From Chrysomallon squamiferum (Eukaryota; Animalia; Mollusca), in assembly GCA_012295275.1 (NCBI GenBank), contig CM022667.1:1736001-1800000 (forward strand): a stretch of 64,000 nt of DNA, written 5' to 3'. Shown one piece after another: positions 10,075-28,785 of this stretch. A program made the position numbers and the translations under genes. The notes under the pieces were generated by a model, which saw only the letters and a list, made by a program, of their open reading frames with translations, was not told the origin of the DNA and made no database searches. How positions within the stretch are numbered: position 1 is the stretch's first letter; each line of letters starts with the position of its first letter.

Positions 10075-12148
10075 TGTTGTTGTAGTAGTATTAGTAGTAG
10101 TATAGTAATAGCAGTAGCAGTAGTAGTAGTAATAGTATTAGTACCAGCAGCAGTAGTATTAGTGGTAACTAATAATAAAAGTTAGAATGTTTTGCATGAA
10201 TGTGTGACAACAAAAATCTCTGCTTATATTTATTTTATTAGCATCATTTTAACTATTTGAGATTTGCTACATTCAGTCACTCGTTGTTCTAAATGTGGAT
10301 ATATTAGAAAAATAAAAATATATAATAGTTTCACTTCTTTCCTATTATTGTTGTTGTTGTTATTATTATTACTGTTATTCATATTATTATTGTTATTGTT
10401 GTTATTATTATTATTATTCATATTATTATTATAATTATTACTATTTCATTTACTGTTCTAGTTACTACAACTCATAAATATATTAATATGTTTCTTATCG
10501 TTTCTAATTATTATAGGTATTGTTGCTGTTGTCATGAGTTACTTGCATAAAATATATTAATATATATTAGTAAATACTGAACTAAAACTATACTGAGTTC
10601 AAGAAAGATAACGTCTACCATTACAAAAAGTGTAACACATTTTGAAATCACATTACAAATAGATTAAAATTATTTTCTTACTGCTGGTGATTGTACCAAA
10701 ATCTGATGCTATAAATTTTGTTAGAATATCAAGATGTGACTGTTTCATACTATCGTTGTTATTTCAATTTTTCTTTATATTAGAAACTCCTTTCTTTAAT
10801 GATTTCAAATTTCCGTTTAGGAAAACGTAAGAGATAGAACGTACAACAAATTATATTTTACTGCAAGAGTTGTCTCCCGTTTACATTCACTTAATTTTAT
10901 AAGACTAATAAGGAAAAGGTGATAAAAATATCCCCTTTAATAACAATAACAATAATATTAACAATAATAATAACAATAATAACAAAAATAACAATAATAA
11001 CAACAATAACAACAAAGATTTTGATGACGACAATAGCAATAACAGCTATAAATAAAACAAGAAGAAAACATCAAATTTTAATTAAATAAATGTATTTATA
11101 TTATTTTTTTTAATATATATAACTGTATAAAATGGAATGGTTAAAGATCAAATTAAGTACAAACAAAATAAATAAAATATGCATTCTCGTTTTCGTGTAA
11201 TGTTTAAGGCCTGGTATACTCTAAAAGTAGTTAAATACATAAATCAAACGTATTCGATGAAACACATTCATCTAAAGTGTCTTAAAAAACGTGTCACCAG
11301 TAAAAAAGATGACTTATAAGAAACTTGTCATGCATAAAAATTATGAAGAAGAATTCCTATTTACAGTGATTTCAAACTGTTTTTGATTAAGGGACGTTTA
11401 AATATTAATTTAGCAGGACAATAACATTTTGACCATCGCATAAAAACGCTCTGACTACCGGATGTGGAGCAGATGGTATAATGCACACGGTGACAACAAG
11501 CACAAACAGCAGTTCACTTCACTTGACCATTTTCCTTTCAACGACTTCTGCGTCTGACAACTTTCTAATCGACGCTGTCGTTCCGTGACGTCTTATCTGA
11601 CTTTTCGCTCGGCGATGTCTCTTTTGTCAATTTTTTCGCTCAGAGATGATCCGTCCAAACGCTGTTCTGATCCAGGGACATCATATTACCACAAGAACTA
11701 TACTGAGTAGAAGAACTGATCTGCATCTTGAACAAACAAAGATTGTCAGTTGAAATGCAATATTTTTTTGATTAATCTTGGTATCGTCTGCAGTACATAA
11801 TGAAAAAGTAGTTATTAATACAATAACTGAACATAGGTTCTCTTCATTTAACTGCATGTCTCAGTATATAATCTTGATCTCAGTTAAATTTTAACGCACA
11901 CATATTGCTCCAGTCACTCTATGTGTATTGTTTAATTATTTACCTTCAGAAACAAAAGCAAATCTCTAAAACCTTTAAAATATATATATGTATTTCGAGT
12001 GGAGAATGCTTGAAACAACAGCTTGCTGAAAACACTGGCACAAACAATTGCAATTTCGTGGATCTGGACGTATAATTACGTATAATTATGTATAATCATT
12101 ACGTTGCATATTGGTCGACATTCTGCGTCTAAACCGTAATGGAATTAC

Positions 12149-12217
<69 letters not shown>

Positions 12218-12472
12218 ACACACACATATTTGTTGTGGTTCGGAGAAAAGTAGGATGGAGTTCCAGTACATGTAGATCGCACCAGACTCCTGTTTTATTT
12301 GAAAGCCCTGTATGTATGTATATATAATGGTTTGAAAGATTATATTACTGTTTGTTTTCATTGAAGTCACCAGTGTATGTAAACGATCACACAGCTCCAT
12401 TTCGCTTCTGTCATTCAAAGTATTGGTAAACAATACAAAAGTTATTCAAAGTTAGTAAAATTCTTACAGTCA

Positions 12473-12531
<59 letters not shown>

Positions 12532-12680
12532 CACACACACACACACACACACAAATCTGTAACTCTTGACTAACGAAACATATTAACGTTTGGTTTAAGC
12601 AAAACAACGGATTTACTGCGCTTGATGTTTTGTTAGAAAAGAAGAGTGGTGACGTGACACGAAAACAAACATCTGATGCA

Positions 12681-13754
12681 TCACCACGACGGTATCAGAT
12701 CGTCAAGTTTGTCAGGGTGACACGCCCAGATTTGACCTTTTGAAAAACAGTAAAGATTGTCCGTCGTGTTTCTGTGCCAGGCTCCGATCATGGCGAATCC
12801 GCTTCGGCTTATGATTAAATGATCACAGGTCGACAAAATTCTCTGATCCAAGAGAACTTTCGAGAAACCTTCGCAGACGTTCTTAAACCATCCATACCGC
12901 TCTATGTGCACTATGCTTCCTTTTGTATCCAAGATGTTGGAATGGAACATTTTCCTCGCCTCTTCGCGAACTTGTTCCGAGTCTGACGTTACGAATAATT
13001 TGTGGTTACCAACTTTGAATTGCTTTAGGAAGTTCCACACAGTTTTGACGCTTTTTACCTTATTGAACAACTCCGTGTCATCGGGGACAGTGGGGTTTCT
13101 TCCGAGCCTAATCTGCGCACAGATCAGCAAGGTACCGTTTTTTCTTGGAATGGAGGAAACAAAATTTTGAAACTGGTTTTCCAACTCGGGAACAAACTGG
13201 AAGAGCTTGCTGAGGAGAAAGACGTAGAGTTCCCGCACAGTCGGAAATCTCATCCATTCCGTCCTTGTTTTATATTTTTCATTCCTTATTATAAACTGAG
13301 TAAACTCCATATTGCTTGTGAAATATATAATGTCCTCGGGAAACTGCTTTTCTATGTCCATGTACATCATTTTCTGCCTGAATATGGCAGCTTTCTGGTC
13401 TATCACTTTGATGTTGGTATGCGACAATCCTATCAGTTCTGTTTCGTTGATTCGCCAGTCGTAATCTTTCGGCATCAAGTGATTTGATAGTTCGCAAGGT
13501 TTGGTCATCCGTATTCTGAAGTTTCTTCCTAAAGCTTCTGCTAGCACAAACGAAGATAAGATTCCTTTCTGTCTGTCTGCCCATCCACCGCACAGGTTAC
13601 TTCCGTCACACAAGTAGATTACGAACTTGTGTCTAGCTTTTCCTAAGCCAAACGAAGTAACGTACTTTCTAGATTTCCAACGACAGAACAGTACAACTGG
13701 AAATAATATGGACACCAACGTCAGGATGAAAGCTAGGATCTTTGCGTTTTTCAT
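12681..13754 (-). CDS. Type II membrane fucosyltransferase-superfamily glycosyltransferase (alpha-1,2/alpha-1,6/O-FucT, NodZ-like), 357 aa, single coding exon
   Basis: N-terminal signal anchor (ILAFILTLVSILFPVVLF). CGGWADR (GG.GD/NR-like), CAQIRLG (motif I, H/QxR), LFVTSDS (motif II) and DQRILSTCDHLIISRSGF (motif III) are the shared GDP-fucose-binding motifs of FUT1/2, FUT8, NodZ and POFUT. The ATG directly follows an acceptor TTTCAG|ATG. Confidence 0.82.
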   Translation of the reverse strand: MKNAKILAFILTLVSILFPVVLFCRWKSRKYVTSFGLGKARHKFVIYLCDGSNLCGGWADRQKGILSSFVLAEALGRNFRIRMTKPCELSNHLMPKDYDWRINETELIGLSHTNIKVIDQKAAIFRQKMMYMDIEKQFPEDIIYFTSNMEFTQFIIRNEKYKTRTEWMRFPTVRELYVFLLSKLFQFVPELENQFQNFVSSIPRKNGTLLICAQIRLGRNPTVPDDTELFNKVKSVKTVWNFLKQFKVGNHKLFVTSDSEQVREEARKMFHSNILDTKGSIVHIERYGWFKNVCEGFSKVLLDQRILSTCDHLIISRSGFAMIGAWHRNTTDNLYCFSKGQIWACHPDKLDDLIPSW

Positions 13755-13802
13755 CTGAAATGATAAAACGGATGAAAACAAAGTTGAAATGGTGCAGAGA
13801 AT

Positions 13803-13972
13803 CAGGTTTACAAACTTACAAAGTGAAGGGAAGATTTACAAGCTTACAAATTAAGGGTCATATTTACACGCTTACAAACTAACAATCGGGTAGGTTTATA
13901 AGCTTATAAGAGTTACAAGCTTATAAACTGACAATCAGGTTTACAAGCTTAAAAACTGAGTTAGGTTTATAA
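13803..13972. repeat. Degenerate minisatellite (TTTACAAGCTTACAAA core, ~7 copies)
   Basis: Repeated core visible just upstream (intron side) of the fucosyltransferase coding exon. Confidence 0.75.
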
Positions 13973-14199
13973 ATAAGGTTTTCTGTTTGATTGGATTTTT
14001 GGCTGGGGTTTTAGTTCTTTTTTTGTACGTATTGTGAATTTAAGTGAAAAGGTTGTTTTTTGGGGTGTTTTTTTGGCTATTGTTTTTTCAAGATATTACA
14101 AGCATACTTATTAATTTGTCAGATTAGTCATATTGCCATTGAGTACACAAGAGTTATCGGTCTTTCTCTCTTAAACACGCACAGACATACATGCATACG

Positions 14200-14230
<31 letters not shown>

Positions 14231-14283
14231 ATAAGCCAAACTATTTCAAGAACTAACTTTTATGTAAACTCTGTAGAAACAAA

Positions 14284-14332
<49 letters not shown>

Positions 14333-14571
14333 TTTATTTTTATTTTTATGGTGCAAACATATGGACTTCATCATGTTCACTTAATCTACTTTAAAGTAGG
14401 TTAAAATGAAATAAATGTTTGTACAGCATTTTTTTGTTTTTTTAATTCGTATGCATCAGACAGTTGTATTTATTTCTGTGACAGCTGGTGTCAGGTCGTC
14501 CCATAAATGCGAGATCAGTGGGGTGATAACAAGCTAAGGGTTAAAGTTTAAACGTGTGGGCTACAGTGTTT

Positions 14572-14603
<32 letters not shown>

Positions 14604-14908
14604 TATTGTTGTTGTTGTTGTTGTTGTTGTTTGTCGTTTTGTTATTATTATTATTTTAAATTTTTGTATTTATGTATATGTATCTTCAGTAAGTTAAATG
14701 CATAGACTGTTTACCTGTATTTGAGAAAGATATTAACGTACATTTTACGAATAATTATTTTTAAAACCATTTTCAATCAGTTTGTCATATTATTCAACAG
14801 TGTCCGTTAAAAAAACAAAACATTTCTATCACATCTCTTTAAACCTACCATGACTGCATCCAAAAATAGTAAAAACAAATAAATAGTTAAATAAATAAAC
14901 AACAAACA

Positions 14909-14950
<42 letters not shown>

Positions 14951-15107
14951 CATAAATGAATGAAAAGAGAAAACACGAAACAATTTACTCTCGAAACCGT
15001 CACCAATATCCTATCGCCTTATCAACTGAGTTTGTTTTAAAATATCATTGTTTAGTTTCATTAATGTATGCCATACAACCATCGCTGCTGCAAAGTTTTA
15101 TTTCTTA

Positions 15108-15252
15108 CCGTGAAAGCGGCCAGCATATTCTGAACAAACCAGCCTGCACTGACCGAAGGCTTCTTTTTTCGACAATAAATCCATACGACAACAGCCAATG
15201 AAATATATTAGGCCCAGTCTGTGGAAATTACCCATCTGCGTACTTATATAAT
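15108..15252 (-). promoter_or_regulatory. Candidate TATA box and first exon of the fucosyltransferase-like gene
   Basis: Minus-strand TATATAAG at ~15250-15243, followed ~140 nt later by a donor CACG|GTAAGA at ~15108. Motif-level inference only. Confidence 0.35.
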
Positions 15253-15974
15253 TTCCACTCATTATCCACTTATTTACTCAGGCGAAGCTCGATTGTTTTC
15301 GGTGAAGAAATTAACAATGGAAAACAAACAGATACAAATTAACCGATCAAAGAGACATCTGCCATCTGCCGTCTGCTTTTCACAAAGTCTGTACGAATAG
15401 TGCCGAATGATAATCACTACAGCGAAGACCAGACAGCCAATGAAATCGCAGATACCAAATTCATTAATTGGTGCCGAAGTTTGCAGTGATATCTCGATAT
15501 TTTTAAAATCAATACAGCAAAAACAAATGTCTGACCAACAAAAGATCGTCTGAATAAACACGGAAATCAGTTATGAAAAAAACAGTCATGCCTAGCACTG
15601 TAACACTATCACAGTTTCCGAGTAAACAGGAAAAGCATTAATTCGTAATTACTTCAATCATGTTGTCGTTTTTTTTTTTTTTTCTTTCTATCAGAAAGAA
15701 TCATGTATAACTTTAGAATATTAATGAGAAAGTCGACACTATGAGTGTTTTATGACAATAAGAGAGATATATCAGTTATACAGGGTACATATGCGTGTAT
15801 GTATAATTTTGGACAGTCACGCAGTTCAGTAATCTAAGAGTATATGCTCTACATCTTAGTATCGTTCAAATAAACCACTCCCATTCCTTTCAGGTTTTAT
15901 ATATTTCAAGGTAAGTGAAGGAAACGTTATAACGTGTTCAGGCCATGTGTTTGTAACTGTAGTATTAGAAGTAA

Positions 15975-16014
<40 letters not shown>

Positions 16015-16614
16015 ATAATAATAATAATAATAATAATCATAAAATTAGAATAATTTAAAAGTAAATAAAAAAAAAGTAAATAAATAAACGAAAAACTGAA
16101 TATATAAAAATTAAATGAATAATAAATAAACGTTTTATTATATATGTATAATAATAAAATGAAAGTTAAAATAATAATTTTTTATTATATAATATAATAA
16201 TAAAAGTAATTTAAAACACGTAGCTCTAAAAATTAGATCTAAAGGTTAAATCTATTGAGCGAAAACGAAAGAAATACATTCATAAAAATATTTTAAAAAA
16301 TTAATAATAAACTAAACTAAAATAAAATAAAGAAATCAACAAACACTGACAATCAAACTCACAGACACACACATATATACAAAATATTATTTAAAACAAA
16401 ATACTCACATCTTCAGGTTGTTTTGCGTTGGTGGCCTGCTATCTTTCAAAACTGGGCTAATATGCATAACAACTGCACAGACACGTTTTTGAATGTCACG
16501 TGTGTCTGGCGAGATAACCATAAAACATGGTCGAAAGAGTTTTACTCGGTTAAAGTTCAAGTTACTTTCTTCAACCGTCAAAAAAAAAAAAAAAAAAAAA
16601 AAAAAGTGACAACC

Positions 16615-16655
<41 letters not shown>

Positions 16656-16991
16656 TTTAAATCGTCTGCTCCGGTATTACAACAGCAGCGATAAAGATTA
16701 TTTGTATTTCTTAAATATTATTTCAAGACGAAATGAGCTTTTCTGATTTGACTTCATGAAGAAACCATCTTAAGGTAATTCAAATAGCCTAATAATAACA
16801 TTACAATTTGTCACACTGTTGTCAGACGTTGCTAAAAGGATAAGAATATTTAAATAATGCTGCACGAATGACCCAAATATATTACAAAATGCTTTTAAAT
16901 GTGCAGCGAAACAATTTGAATTTGTTTATTAACATCGACACATGGTGCACTAGACTATAATGAAAGTGTCCCTTTGGTGACACGTAGAATT

Positions 16992-17083
<92 letters not shown>

Positions 17084-18046
17084 TGATACTTCCAAATTGT
17101 GAGTGTCTATTTGATGTTATTGTTTTGTGTGTTATGTTGCGCTTCCAAGTTTAACTGATAATGAAATTTAACAATAAAAGAGTTCAATTTAGAAATATCT
17201 AGATGCCGCCATTTTGCTGGATGCAGATCGATTTGCTCTATAATTTGTCAAAAAAAAAAACAAAACCCCAAAACCCCACACACATAAATAATACAATCAA
17301 ACAAAACAACAACAAATAAACAAACAACTCCCCAAAAAAGAACAACCACCCCCAATAACTAACAATAACCAAAAAATCACAACAACAATAAAAAAAGAAG
17401 GAAAGTAAAGCTGCCAGCCCGCTGAACGTGCAATCACGTCACAACTCTTTTGTGCAGGAGTAAAATGGCGACATTCAGCTGTTATGTAACAGAATTACTT
17501 TATCGTTCTTTGTTACGAGTGATAATAGGTCGCCGAATACAATAAAATAATACTATAACTCGGAGGTATAAAGATTTTTTATCAGACCATTTATTAGTAG
17601 CCCTAGAGGTAGACTTAATTAAAGAAAGGAAAGATTATAGCATTTAAGTTAATTGTTTTAAACCACTTTAAGACTTTGTTGTCGCTGTGAACAGCAGTGC
17701 TTACGGGTTAGAATATTGATCTAAGGGTAAAGAGGTTTGAAAGGTTCAAATAAATAAAAAGACAGACAGCTTTTGTTTTTCTAATTTTTCAGAATTAAGA
17801 CAGACATTCTCAGTATTCTTTAGAGAACTGTCCATAATAAATAAATTCCGAAGGTAAATGTGTGTAGCATGTAGATTTAACTTTATCTTGTTAACAGGCA
17901 AGCATGCATAAATCTTATCAGTGTTGTTAAGAACAATGATTTATGTAAACATGCTTCAATGAAATTAGCTTATACTGAAACTATCTATGAATGAAGGACT
18001 CTAAAGTGGTAAGAAGGTAATAGATAATAAAAGGTTAAATTTATAC

Positions 18047-18110
<64 letters not shown>

Positions 18111-18736
18111 AATCTAATAATAAAATATAATTTTCTAAAGTAATTCAGATTAAAGTCAAACGTTATCAGATGACACAGTGAAAAATCCTGTACTGACTGA
18201 TGGGAGTGGTTGTTATTTCTATTTTCTTTATATTTGAAAATCCTTAGTAACTTACGCTAAACAGTCCGAAAGTACGGATATTGTGGTCACTCGGTAAGTT
18301 AATTTTTTATTACTATTATTATTTTTTTTTTTTCGAAATACTTTAAATAACGAAAACGGTAAAATAACAGGATGACTAAATTTCTAACTTAGGCCTACCG
18401 TGAAATTCGTGTTAAAGAACGAAGCTTGGATCTTAAACTGCTCCATGTAAGCTTCTTAACATGTTGATTTAACATGTTGTAATGCTTCTCTGTAAACAAT
18501 AATGATGATGATGATGATAATAATAACAATAATAATAACAACAACAACAACAACATTGACAACAACAACAGTAAGAATAATAGTAACCATAACAATAATA
18601 ATAACAATAATTAAAATACAAATTAACAACAATAATAATAATAGTAACAAAAGCAATAGCAATAATAATAACAATAACATTAAAAACAACAATAATAAGT
18701 TTTTAGGACTTATTGGAAGGATGATTCATTTCATAC

Positions 18737-18958
18737 TCACCTCTTTTTTTAATGAAACCTGTTCACATGCGTAGGAATATCTCTGAGTTTCTCTGAATTA
18801 ATCAGTTACAGGTTGCTATACATATTAATTTACAGTAAGTATTCAAAACGTTGAAAACTCTATCACAGCAATTTAAGACCAAATGAAAACTAGTGGTTTA
18901 CCTCAAAAGTAGCCATGATCAAAATACAGAAATGATGATCCGTAAGTAGCCAGTGACT
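18737..18958 (+). repeat. ~220-bp duplicated segment, copy 1
   Basis: Near-identical to 19162-19206 joined to 19620-19794 (TCACCTCTTTTTTTAATGAAAC..GTTCACATGCGTAGGAATATC / GTTTCTCTGAATTAATCAGT...AAGTAGCCAGTGAC). Confidence 0.9.
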
Positions 18959-19161
18959 TCAAGGACAGGCCTAGCAGATAATGAGATATTAAAATAAATA
19001 AATAAATAAATAAATAAAATAATAATAATAATCAAGAAAATGCAGCATGATTCCATAAATTCCTTTATCGGAAATACTTCGACGTTAAAACTCGTTCAGT
19101 TTATTTACTTACTTTTAAATGGTAACACAACAAATCATACATGATTAACCGTTTTTAATAA

Positions 19162-19794
19162 TCACCTCTTTTTTTAATGAAACGAGTTCACATGCGTAGG
19201 AATATCATGTTTATAAAATGATTCAGACGACAACAAACGAACGTGTTTGTTTTTGTTAGTGTTTTAATTTAATACATTGACGAAATTAATTTCCATAAAA
19301 AATAGCTAATGTGAAATGAAAATTGCAATTTGTAATATTTCTGAATTTAAGATTTTGTAAGCAATAATGATTTCACTCATGGCGTATGTGACTCAGTATC
19401 ATGGACGTAAGTGGACAAAAGCCCTCGCAGTTTCAAACAAAAGAGTGGGGAAAATTTTGAAAGAGCAAGAAGAAACTGGCACTTTTGTTTTCGTCTGTGT
19501 ACAATATCGGGCAAAACAAACCCTCCTCTTAAGCCTGGAATGGAACTGTTCACCTACTAACCCAAATGATTTATAATCAAAAGGACAAGTCAATGTTATG
19601 ATCGAAATTTTCACAGGCACTCAGTTTCTCTGAATTAATCAGTAACAGGTTGCTACACATATTAATTTACAGTAAGTATTCAAAACGTTGAAAACTCTAT
19701 CACAGGAATTTAAGACCAACTGAAAATTAGTGGTTTACCTCAAAAGTAGCCATGATCTGAATACAGAAATGACGCTCCATAAGTAGCCAGTGAC
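19162..19794 (+). repeat. Duplicated segment, copy 2, containing an extra ~415 bp (19207-19620) that may be a DNA-transposon relic
   Basis: Both flanks align to copy 1. The extra sequence encodes ...KALAVSNKRVGKILKEQEETG..., reminiscent of a Tc1/IS630 helix-turn-helix (impression only). Confidence 0.7.
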
Positions 19795-19871
19795 GTCATG
19801 TGAAGTTAACAAACAAACAAACAAAAACAATTACTTTTTCGGGGAGAAAGGGTGAATAAATTTACGAAAGA

Positions 19872-19918
<47 letters not shown>

Positions 19919-20144
19919 TATTATTATTATTTATTTATAATTATATATTAATGAAATTTAGGAAATTTAATTTACTTGATGTCGATATGATTGATTCGCA
20001 ATGTTTTTACCCAAATGCTTTTTGATACACATACCGAGTTTCATGTTCCAGCTCGGTCAAATCACGACTGAATAAATTTGTGTACTTTCAGTTCAGACGT
20101 CCATTATCTGTTAAAATTATACATTACAGACAGACAGACAGACA

Positions 20145-20186
<42 letters not shown>

Positions 20187-20408
20187 AGTCAAGGATAAAA
20201 GCGAGGCAACATCTAACAACCCAAAGAAACGACTGTCGCTAGAGGCCAATTACTGTGTCAAGATCATACCTGTATTTCCCATTCCAATCATAACTCATTT
20301 TAACAACTTGCTGCAAATCTGGAGCAGACTTTAGTGATTTGATAGCTGGTTTCTACTCAAAACATGTAATTTTTTATTAACATTTTGCAGTTTGATTTTA
20401 AATCATAA

Positions 20409-20443
<35 letters not shown>

Positions 20444-21017
20444 ATATATCAATATATATATATATTTCTTTTTGTTCCATGCAAAGATTACAACACTTGT
20501 ATGTACATTGATATTATTTTTATTCAATGAATAAGATAAATTTTGTATCAAAGCATATTGTATATATATATATTGTTTATATCAAATACACAAACATACA
20601 TACTTTCTTAGGAAGCCTGCCATTTGGGAAACATTTTTAATTATTAATTTTGTAAATATAACATAAATGAATATAAATAGAACTGTTAAACTTAGTTAAC
20701 TGTTTCTGAGTTTTGTTGTTTTTACATAAAAGATTCTTGAATACTGGTTTACAGTATCTTGGAGTTGTTTTATTTTAAAAGTTTCATGAATGTCTTGGTA
20801 AGTTGTATAATGATAATAATACATATTTATTTTATGTTGAGGTATCATTAAACCTTTATTTTGTTTCTTACAAAATATAATTTAATTAAAAGATTAACAA
20901 TTTATACAAGAATAGTCAGCATATCTAACACAGGCATCAGTTTTTAATAACCAGTCACAAACATTTAGCAGTTCTCAACTGACCAATCACACAAGCATAA
21001 CATTCAGAATTGACCAA

Positions 21018-26114
<5,097 letters not shown>

Positions 26115-26480
26115 TTCGGGTCGGTCAACAGGATTAAAAATCACGACGACGTAGTAACACTCATAGTATGTTTAGATATTTAGTACCTAGACGTGTGAGT
26201 ATATGTTACTTAATAATTACGTATTAGTAATATCTAAAATTTTGCAAGTTAAAAGTTATTATATGGTAGGCTGTATCAACCTGTCACCTCATTTTTTATG
26301 AGCCTACCGTCATAACCGTGCTAGTACTACTCGATCCACGATGTCACTTGCATTTCAGCTTAACATTAAGTTGATTAACGCAGTGTAAACATCCCGACTA
26401 TTGTTATTACTATGTCATTATACTAATATCGTATTACAATTACAGTAATAGTAATTTTAGTTCATAAATTTAAAATCCAA
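26115..26480. promoter_or_regulatory. Putative bidirectional promoter DECR1/BOLA3
   Basis: Under 0.5 kb separates the divergent 5' ends, and CpG is locally retained relative to the flanking gene bodies. Confidence 0.6.
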
Positions 26481-26595
26481 ACATGTTGCATTCGGGGTTG
26501 GATTTAATGTTGTTTTTTAAAATCGATGAATACATTAAAATAATTTCACTTGTAACAAATCAATTTATTTTAAATTAAATTCTTGTCTGTTAAAG

Positions 26596-27698
26596 GTTGT
26601 TAGACCAACTCTTTTGGGAAAGAGACAGTGTCAGAATGAGTCTGGCCAGAAGACAGAAGTCAAGCTTACTGCGGCAGAAAAAAGAATTCTGGGAACTCTG
26701 AAAACAAAATTTCCTGGAGCAACGACAATAAATGTTTCAGATATATCAGGTAAACAACTGATAAATATTTCATTGTCACATATTTGCTTTAATTAAAATA
26801 ACTTTCAAAACTTGATCACACACACACACACATACACACACACATGCACACACACGCACACGCATGCCTATAAATGCATAATAATACTTATAAAAACTGT
26901 TTTAGGAGGATGTGGGGCCATGTATCAGATTTCAGTAGAAGCAACAGAATTCAAAGGGAAGCGAATGGTGCAGCAGCATCAACTAGTCAATGAGGTAGAT
27001 ATATTTATATATCTGTTTAAATAAAATATATATATATAACAAAATTTACATACATAATCCCTGTCAAGTGAAACATCATACCATCATGGTCTTATGTTTT
27101 GTCTAAATTATTTGTATTAATAATTTATGAATGTATGTTGCATAATAAACTACTTCATTTCTAGCATAATTCACTGATATCTAATTTCAACCATAGTGAA
27201 TTATTTAGTTTCTAGGATTAATTTTTATTAAATATTTTCTATCATTTCATATTAAATAATGGAAGTATAGTTAATACATTTATATTTGTAGCATAATTAT
27301 TTATTTTATTCTCTTGCAAAATAATTTATTTAATGGATAATTATTTATTTGAATCTCTAACTAGTTTAATTTTTTGGGCTGTAGCATGTTTAATTAAAAT
27401 AAGAATTAAAATATAACCACTAAATCATTTCTTTATTAATATATTCTTTTATGTTAATATTATAATAGTAATTTGGAAATTATTAAATTTAACATGCTGA
27501 ATCCCGAATTTTTGGGAATGCTCAGCAATAGTTTGATATGGTGGATGCATATGACATGAAATTCCTTCTTCTTAGAATTATTATTATTATTATTATTATT
27601 TTTGAATTTTATTATGTTTTTAGGCCCTGAAGTCTGAAATTAAAGACATGCATGGTTTGCAGATACAGACCAAAGTACCAGATTCTCCTGAAAGTTAA
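26596..27698 (+). CDS. BOLA3: BolA-like protein 3 (mitochondrial Fe-S assembly); start exon uncertain (candidate ATG 26483)
   Basis: Exons ~26596(or 26604)-26749, 26906-26994 and 27624-27698 give ...LKTKFPGATTINVSDISGGCGAMYQISVEATEFKGKRMVQQHQLVNEALKSEIKDMHGLQIQT..., containing the BolA3 SGGCGAMY signature. Confidence 0.93.
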
Positions 27699-28676
27699 TT
27701 TAAAACATTTCTGCTTTTATTTTTATTTTTTTTTTTTTTTTTGGTGTATCTGATCAAACAAAAGATCTTGAATGATTTTGTTAGGGTAACTTTATTTTGT
27801 ATGGTATGACTGGAAGTTTCCTGAATGTGTTTTAAAATATTGTACATAAATGAAAATTGAAATTTTGACAAAACTCACTTTGCTAAACAAAACTAAATTT
27901 GTAAAAAAAAATATCTTCTGTAATTATTTTTTGTTTTGGTTTGAGACTACACTGTTTGTTAAAATGAAATAATCCTATTTAAATTTCAATCCATGAATGA
28001 TGATTCCATTTGTTTATGTACCAAATATTTGATTATTAAAATAGATATTTATTTTTGAATACTGATTGGGAAATCAACGGCCTGATAAAAATAGTTTTTT
28101 TGACATACTGTTTTCTCAACATATGTATAAATTTCCTCTTTGTTAATGGGACTGGCTGGCTATCCAGTTAATTTGTTAATTTTTTGAGAGAAAAAAATGA
28201 GATTAAAATCTGTAACAAGATCATTTTAATAACAAAACATTTTTGCTTTTAAATTTGTTATATAAAAATATTTTTATATTTAGTTTTAAATGAAATGTTT
28301 TATCATGTTTCAGTAAGTACAATTTTACATTGTACAAAACTTTATTTTATTTTATTTATCTTCTTTTCTTTGTATGTTATTATCTGATTTAATTTTTAAT
28401 TTTTTTTTTTCTACATGCCAGTGGCAGCTGTTATTTAGTTTATACAGAAGGAAAAACTGGATTCAAATATTTCATGGATACATTAAAATTGTAAAAGTTA
28501 ATACAAGTATTAAAAATCTCTCATGAAACAACTGTATTAGTTGAGTTAATCGAAATTCTGGAACTAAATTTGTTCTGGAAAAAAACACAAAAAAAACAAC
28601 CTAGTAAATAATATATGAAGAGTGGAAAAACCCCCCCAAATATATATATATATATATATTATTAGTTGTATAAAGA

Positions 28677-28785
28677 TATTAAATGAGTGTGATTTTGAAA
28701 TCTGGAATTCTGGGTAAATATAATAATTATTATTTTAGCTATTAAATACTTTATTCTAAATTTTCAAAATCACATTCATTTAATA
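28677..28785. repeat. Inverted repeat/hairpin (24-bp arms, 1 mismatch)
   Basis: TATTAAATGAGTGTGATTTTGAAA (28677-28700) pairs with TTTCAAAATCACATTCATTTAATA (28762-28785). Confidence 0.8.

Noticed and set aside
11430-11730. GC-richer, coding-looking patch downstream of the glycosyltransferase
   Set aside because: No ORF of useful length or recognisable motif in the frames I read; could be UTR or a decayed fragment.
14455-14543. Segment ending AAGGG-TTAA, like a piggyBac-type terminus
   Set aside because: No matching opposite end or transposase found in the window.
18931-18990. ATGATGA box-C-like motif suggesting a C/D snoRNA
   Set aside because: No properly placed CTGA box D or terminal stem, and the motif is altered in the duplicate copy.
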